Source of the DNA: an uncultured delta proteobacterium
Lineage (GTDB): Bacteria > Desulfobacterota > Syntrophobacteria > BM002
Length of the DNA: 64,000 bases
Reading direction: 5' to 3'
NCBI GenBank assembly: GCA_963712115.1
Contig: CAVQGX010000030.1
Coordinates: 32,001 to 96,000 of the forward strand
The notes beneath the pieces are model-generated. The model worked only from the letters and a program-made list of their open reading frames with translations. It made no database searches and was not told the origin of the DNA. Both the position numbers and the translations under genes were made by a program. This document shows, piece after piece, positions 58,397-64,000 of the stretch; position 1 is the stretch's first letter; each line of letters opens with the position of its first letter.

Positions 58397-61300
58397 ATGG
58401 GCAAATTCACTGAGCTATTTCGCAGGTCCAAAGTCTGGCAGGTAATCAGTCCCTTGATTTTGATCGGTGGATTATTTTGTTTTGCCGCCCAAGTTGTCTG
58501 GGCCGCTGAGACCAGTGAAGATCTGATCAGACAACTAGCTGAACTAGGGGACCGGAGTACAGGAACTCCCGGCTGCAGTAAGGCGGCAGACCAGATTGAA
58601 AAGGCTTTTAAAGCTCTGGGAATTGAACGCGTGGGCCGGCAACGTTTTCTTCTGCCAGTCACCCAATACCAGCCTTCCTATCTCACCCTAAAGGGGCAAC
58701 GCACGCCGATAAAACCACTTCGGCTCAACGCACTGAGCCCACAAGCTACCCCGGCGACGGGTATTGAAGGACCTCTTTATTATGTGGGACGAGGCCAACT
58801 CCAGGATTTCAACTCCATCAAGGTGGCAGGTAGCATCATCCTGATGGAGTTGGATTCTGGGAAGAATTGGCTAAATGCTCCTATGCTGGGAGCAAGGGCC
58901 CTGATCTACGTGGACCGCGGTCCTACTTCCAAATGGTTCTTTGAAGATAAACGTGAGCTGACCTCCCTGGAATTTCCCCGCTTTTGGCTGCCACTTTCCC
59001 AGGCAAGATCGTTATTTGGCTCTTTTGAAACCGCAGCGAATGGTTTGATTGCTTCTAAGGTATTGCTCAATTCCAGTGGCGGATGGCGGCGAGTTCAGGG
59101 GGAAAACATCTACGCACTCATCGAAGGAAAAAGCCCAGAGCTCAAAGAGCAGCTTCTTGTGGTGGAGGCGTTTTATGACAGCACGGGTTTGATACCAGGT
59201 ATGTCTCCTGGTGCTGACGAGGCTAGTAGCATCTTCTCCCTGCTAAATCTGGCCCGTAGTCTCAGTGATAATCCTCCAGGAAGATCTGTACTTCTATTGG
59301 CGACCAGTGGGCATGCCCAAACCCTCGCTGGGATGAGAGAGTTTACTTGGCCTCTTCGATCCAAAAGAAGAGATCAAAAAAAGGTGGAGAGCGAACTGAA
59401 AGACCGCATCAAGCGAGCCAATGAGGCTCTGGAAGTCCTAGAAGAGCCTCTGGTTCTTGAGCAAGCGAGGGGAGAGGCGGCTGACCGCTTGCGCAAAACT
59501 TTGGCAGAGCAGATCAAAAGCGAGGTGGATTCACTAAGTCAGAGGCTGATAAAGCTTCGCCTGGAGCAGGGTGGGGAGAAAAATCAAAGACTGATAGATG
59601 AGCTGGCTGAGCGGCGCCTTCTTCTGCGCCGGCTTGGCTGGCGTAGTTCTTACCAGGGTATTGAGGGTGAAGAGCTGAAGCTATTGGAGGAGTTGATTCC
59701 GGCGGCAATCGAGGAAAACCAGACCATTCTCGAGGACGGTCGGGAGCAAATGAAATGCTGGCGGAGCACTGGTCGGTTGCGAAGGCTCATGAGCGATTTT
59801 GAACTCACCGCCTTCATTTCACTGCATCTTTCCAGCCATGGCAACGGAGTTGGCGCTTTCAATTACGGTTTTATGTATGATTTGAAACCACAAATTAATC
59901 GCACAGGGATCTACGCACCCATCAACCGTATATTGAATCGTCTGAGTCAAGAGGTTGAAAAGGAACTGGGCCTGAGCAATCTTTTTCAGGACACCTTGCG
60001 GCCTAGCCCATTGCGACCATGGCAGAGCTACCTTCCCGACCGACCTGCCCTGGGTGGAGAGGTAAGTGCACTGGCGGGATTTCTGGGACTTACCTTGGCC
60101 ACCCTGAACGACGCCCGCCCATTCTGGGGAACACCCTATGATATGCCAGGGAAGTTGAACCTGGCTTATCTGGAGCAACAAAGTCGATGGATTTCTTCTC
60201 TGATTGAGAAGCTGACCTACGAGCCGGAATTGGTTTCTGATCGTCTTCCCCTGAGGGGTTTTTCATCCCTTGTCGGTCGGGCAAACTTTATTCGCCAGGG
60301 AGAACTGTTCGCTGATCAACCTGCCCCTGGAACTCTGATTCTCGCTTATCAGGGACCCAGCCTGTTTTACACCATGGTAGACTCCGGCGGTTTGTTTAGT
60401 GTTAGAGGTCTTGTCGACCGCAAAAACACCAGTCACAAAGCTATTCTGGAAGGTTTTCGTTTCAGTCAAAAGAGCGGACAGATCATTTGGGCTATTGACA
60501 AGGCCGCGACCGGCAAAGACGCCTACCGGATCAAGATGACACGCAGCTTAATGGAGGCGGACCTAGTCATGTTCGCTTGTCGGGCGACCACCTTGTTCAA
60601 TCTCCTGGAGCCCCGCACTTTCAGCTATATGACAAGGATTAACTTGATAGACGGGAGGAGCGAGGCTAAACCACTGCGCTACTGGTGGAGCAGAATCGAT
60701 ACCCGCGCTTCCACTCTGGCCAACATATTTTTAGAGCCTATTACACCATTCAAGCTGACCCTTTCGGATACAGTGCTCAAGAGGAAACTTATTTTGCTAA
60801 ATTCCGATGCCTCCAAACCAGAGGGCAGAGGATATCGAGTTGAGCAGTGGCCAATCATTGCTGCCACAGAATACCGGGTTGCAAGAGATATGTGGCACCT
60901 CCTGCTACCGCGTATAGCCAATTTGGAGAATCACGGTATCAAGAATGAACGAATTCGCGCACTTCAAAGGGAAGGCATTGAGGCTCTGGAACGCGCCGAG
61001 GAAGCACTGGAAAATCTGCGTTACGATCGCTTTATGGAAGAGGCCAGGACCTCCTGGGCTTTGGCCAGCCGTATTTACAATGATATAGAAAAAACACAGA
61101 AAGACGTTCTCTTCGGGGTGCTATTCTACATAGCCCTTTTTGTTCCTTTCGCCTATTGCCTCGAACGTTTGCTTTTTGCTTTGGTTGATATCCACAAAAG
61201 AATCGTTGCCTTCTTAGCGATTTTGGGGCTGATTATCGCAGTGATTTACCTGGTCCATCCGGCATTTCGGCTCACCTACAGTCCTTTAGTGGTAATACTT

Positions 61301-63232
61301 GCCTTTTTTATCCTCGGTTTATCGGCGCTCGTGGCTCTAATTATCATTGGCCGGTTCGAGCAAGAGATGGTATTGCTCCAACAGCGAGCCCGCCAGATGA
61401 GAGGCTCGGAGATAAGCCGGACCAAGGCATTCATAGCTGCCTTTGTTTTAGGTGTTAGTAACTTGCGACGTCGACCTATCCGGACAGTACTCACATGCGT
61501 CACCCTGATTATCCTCACCTTCACCATCATGAGCTTCACTGCTGTTAAGAGTTTGCGTCATCGTGGTCGGCTTCGCTTGGAGGAAGGATCCCAGTATAAA
61601 GGTTTACTCATGAAGATCCTCAATTGGGATAGCCTGCCGCCTGAAGCTCTGGCTACAACCGAGAACAAATTCAACGGCGAGGCCCTAGTGGTGCCAAGAG
61701 TTTGGCTGGAAAATGAAGATCGCACACAGGCGCCGGTGGTTTCCATCCGATTGGGCGGAAAAGAAATTTTGGCTAAAGGTGTAGTGGGTTTGAGTGCTCA
61801 GGAACCAAAAGTTAGCAATCTCGGGGGCACACTTAGTTGCGGGCGCTGGTTTCGACCGGATGAGCGGAAAGCTGTGCTTCTTCCTGACAGGGTTGCAAGA
61901 AGCCTGGGAGTTTCGCTCGAGGAACCTGAGAAGGCTATAGTGTCAATCTGGGGGACGGATTTTCGCGTGGTGGGTTGTTTCAGGGGCGAAGGATTGGAGA
62001 GTCACCTAGATCTAGATGGTGAGCCCCTAACTCCAGTGATCTTCCCCAGCGAAGCGGTGATGGAGGTCACCGAGGTGGAGATGGAGGCCATAGAGGCCGG
62101 GGAGGAAGTACAGGTTTTTCAAAGCCGTTATCAGCATATTCCTGGCGATCTGATCGCAATAATGCCTTTTCAGACTCTCATGGCTTTAGGCGGCAAGCTC
62201 AAGGCCCTCGCTATCCGACCACACTCCCCTGAGGATACCAGCGGACTTGCCACAAAGCTGGTGGACCGTTTTGGTTTAACCCTTTTTGCCGGAGAAAAAG
62301 AGGGCACCTTTATGTATTACGCCTCTGATGCTCTCAGTTACAGCGGGGTACCCAACATCCTCATCCCTTTATTGATATCCGTGCTTATAGTTTTAAACAC
62401 AATGATCGGCAGTGTATATGAACGAAAGCGAGAGATTGCGGTTTACACCTCGGTAGGGTTGGCACCTGTTCACGTTTCTTTCCTTTTCATCGCCGAAGCG
62501 CTGGCATTCGCGGTCCTCAGCGTGGTTTTGGGTTATCTACTGGCTCAGACCAGTGCCGAAATTTTTGCTGGTACTTCTCTCTGGCAGGGAATTACGGTGA
62601 ACTATTCGTCCCTGGCCGGAGTGGCAGCCATGGTACTGGTAATCTTGGTGGTGTTGGTATCAGTGATCTATCCGTCTCGGGTGGCGGCGTCCATTGCCAT
62701 TCCTGATGTAACTCGTGCTTGGACTTTGCCAGAGCCTGAGGGCAGCGCAATGAAACTCACCCTGCCATTCTTGATGAAATACAAGGAGCAACTGGGAATT
62801 GGAGGGTATCTGCGCGAATACTACTTCGCCCATAAGGACGTTTCACACGGGCTCTTCACCACCGATGACATTTCCTTGGAGTTTTACTGCCCCAGTGAGC
62901 AATTGTCTGGGCTCAGCGGTCCAAATCACTGTGAAAAGGACTGCATCCAGGTCAAGACCAGGGTCTGGCTTGCACCTTTTGATTTCGGGGTAAAGCAGTT
63001 CATTCATTTGGAATTCTGCCCGTCAACAGAGGACCCTGATAACTACGTGGAGATTCAGGTAACCTTGCAGCGTGAGGCCGGTGAGGCCAACTACTGGAGA
63101 CGGATCAACAAGGCTTTTATAAACGATTTACGAAAACAGTTACTCATTTGGAGATCTCTCGACAACGAAGCACAGGCCCATTATGCTACATTGCTGGCAA
63201 CTGAACACGCTCTCGAGGGGACCACTACCTAG
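58397..63232 (+). CDS. Giant membrane protein: degenerate M28-peptidase-like domain + FtsX/MacB-like permease
   Basis: DRSTGTPG, NIYALIEG, AFYDS, PGADEASS; later NLRRRPIRT.LT, VYERKREI....SVGL, YPSR. Confidence 0.82.
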   Translation: MGKFTELFRRSKVWQVISPLILIGGLFCFAAQVVWAAETSEDLIRQLAELGDRSTGTPGCSKAADQIEKAFKALGIERVGRQRFLLPVTQYQPSYLTLKGQRTPIKPLRLNALSPQATPATGIEGPLYYVGRGQLQDFNSIKVAGSIILMELDSGKNWLNAPMLGARALIYVDRGPTSKWFFEDKRELTSLEFPRFWLPLSQARSLFGSFETAANGLIASKVLLNSSGGWRRVQGENIYALIEGKSPELKEQLLVVEAFYDSTGLIPGMSPGADEASSIFSLLNLARSLSDNPPGRSVLLLATSGHAQTLAGMREFTWPLRSKRRDQKKVESELKDRIKRANEALEVLEEPLVLEQARGEAADRLRKTLAEQIKSEVDSLSQRLIKLRLEQGGEKNQRLIDELAERRLLLRRLGWRSSYQGIEGEELKLLEELIPAAIEENQTILEDGREQMKCWRSTGRLRRLMSDFELTAFISLHLSSHGNGVGAFNYGFMYDLKPQINRTGIYAPINRILNRLSQEVEKELGLSNLFQDTLRPSPLRPWQSYLPDRPALGGEVSALAGFLGLTLATLNDARPFWGTPYDMPGKLNLAYLEQQSRWISSLIEKLTYEPELVSDRLPLRGFSSLVGRANFIRQGELFADQPAPGTLILAYQGPSLFYTMVDSGGLFSVRGLVDRKNTSHKAILEGFRFSQKSGQIIWAIDKAATGKDAYRIKMTRSLMEADLVMFACRATTLFNLLEPRTFSYMTRINLIDGRSEAKPLRYWWSRIDTRASTLANIFLEPITPFKLTLSDTVLKRKLILLNSDASKPEGRGYRVEQWPIIAATEYRVARDMWHLLLPRIANLENHGIKNERIRALQREGIEALERAEEALENLRYDRFMEEARTSWALASRIYNDIEKTQKDVLFGVLFYIALFVPFAYCLERLLFALVDIHKRIVAFLAILGLIIAVIYLVHPAFRLTYSPLVVILAFFILGLSALVALIIIGRFEQEMVLLQQRARQMRGSEISRTKAFIAAFVLGVSNLRRRPIRTVLTCVTLIILTFTIMSFTAVKSLRHRGRLRLEEGSQYKGLLMKILNWDSLPPEALATTENKFNGEALVVPRVWLENEDRTQAPVVSIRLGGKEILAKGVVGLSAQEPKVSNLGGTLSCGRWFRPDERKAVLLPDRVARSLGVSLEEPEKAIVSIWGTDFRVVGCFRGEGLESHLDLDGEPLTPVIFPSEAVMEVTEVEMEAIEAGEEVQVFQSRYQHIPGDLIAIMPFQTLMALGGKLKALAIRPHSPEDTSGLATKLVDRFGLTLFAGEKEGTFMYYASDALSYSGVPNILIPLLISVLIVLNTMIGSVYERKREIAVYTSVGLAPVHVSFLFIAEALAFAVLSVVLGYLLAQTSAEIFAGTSLWQGITVNYSSLAGVAAMVLVILVVLVSVIYPSRVAASIAIPDVTRAWTLPEPEGSAMKLTLPFLMKYKEQLGIGGYLREYYFAHKDVSHGLFTTDDISLEFYCPSEQLSGLSGPNHCEKDCIQVKTRVWLAPFDFGVKQFIHLEFCPSTEDPDNYVEIQVTLQREAGEANYWRRINKAFINDLRKQLLIWRSLDNEAQAHYATLLATEHALEGTTT

Positions 63233-63330
63233 GTCCAAGGGCTCTGCATTGCAATTTTAGACTACTGGGCACCAGGCCGGCTCTCGTCTCTTTGTTGAAG
63301 TGATTATCAGCAGCAGAAACAGAAGCGAAA

Positions 63331-64000
63331 ATGGATCAAAATAGGGTAAGAATACGGGCTATAATCCTCGGCGTTATGCTGGGAATCATAATTTGCGCCC
63401 TTACCCCTTTTAACAATTCCTACCTCAATGCAACGCCTCTTGGGGGCGGACATTTTCCCCTGGCTGCGTTTTTTGTTTTTTTCTGGCTATCCATTGGAAT
63501 CGCAGCCCTCGGCAGATTTCGCTTTTCTGCCAACTGGCTGAGTGGTCGCGAACTGTTCGTCGTCTGGATTCTTATGGTCATAGCTTCTGGCATTGCCTAC
63601 ACTGGTCTGGTTCGCACTTTCTTTATCAACCTAACCGCTCCCTACCATTTTGCCAGCGTCGGCAATCGCTGGGCGGAGGCGATTCAGCCCTTACTGCCTC
63701 GGGGTTGGTATCCGGGCGACCCGAACTCCATTAGTCTTCTTTACAATGGACTGGAGGGAGGCAGTCAGATGGGTTGGTGGCAAGTTGTCCAGAAAATTCC
63801 CTGGGGTTGCTGGCTGCCACCCCTCCTTACCTGGGCAGGCTTTGTTCTGCTGTGCTATTGGGTAATGCTCTGTTTGGTTGATATCTTTAGTGAACAGTGG
63901 ATAACCAACGAAAAGATGAATTTTCCTCTCCTCCGGGTGCCTCAGCTCATGGAAGAGGCTCTGGCCGAAAAAAGGCTATTCCGTTTGCTCGCCAACCGTT
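63331..64000 (+). CDS. Polytopic membrane protein, DUF6785-like (truncated by window end)
   Basis: Manual translation MDQNRVRIRAIILG...LSGREL...W..PL..W...QW...EK..FPL; no stop before 64000. Confidence 0.7.
   Translation, partial: MDQNRVRIRAIILGVMLGIIICALTPFNNSYLNATPLGGGHFPLAAFFVFFWLSIGIAALGRFRFSANWLSGRELFVVWILMVIASGIAYTGLVRTFFINLTAPYHFASVGNRWAEAIQPLLPRGWYPGDPNSISLLYNGLEGGSQMGWWQVVQKIPWGCWLPPLLTWAGFVLLCYWVMLCLVDIFSEQWITNEKMNFPLLRVPQLMEEALAEKRLFRLLANR

Noticed and set aside
63650-63865. 71-aa ORF
   Set aside because: Out-of-frame shadow of the truncated gene starting at 63331.

Overview
A ~50% GC bacterial chromosomal region, most consistent with a Desulfobacterota (deltaproteobacterial) genome; this is inferred from gene content such as the PilT pair plus zinc-ribbon gene, sigma54 promoters and TIGR04219-like barrel. 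Housekeeping genes include hisB, thrC, trpS, a TrmJ/TrmH methylase, a Dus, adenine deaminase, NamZ, tRNA-Ala(CGC) and tRNA-fMet. Signalling and envelope content includes an ECF sigma/anti-sigma pair, a SpoIIE/RsbW/STAS partner-switch module around an odd ABC exporter, an AmmeMemoRadiSam pair, and a long glycosyltransferase/FtsX-ABC/DUF6785 cluster running off the right end. Intergenic DNA is full of palindromic heptamer-built repeats and a 4-copy MITE-like element. Highlights: (1) a complete IS110-superfamily (IS1111-type) element at 8890-10407 whose 3' non-coding end folds into a loop carrying two short guides (AGAAGTC and GACCTCTG) that together spell its own reconstructed 14-bp insertion site GACCTCTGACTTCT, a unit of the genome's dispersed heptamer repeat; (2) a cysteine synthase fused to a CysRS-like domain that lacks HIGH and both Zn cysteines but keeps its tRNA-binding end; (3) a radical SAM enzyme with a Tat-like signal; (4) a 1611-aa degenerate M28-peptidase/FtsX protein; (5) candidate small RNAs. 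All calls are from motif reading by eye; no searches were run.
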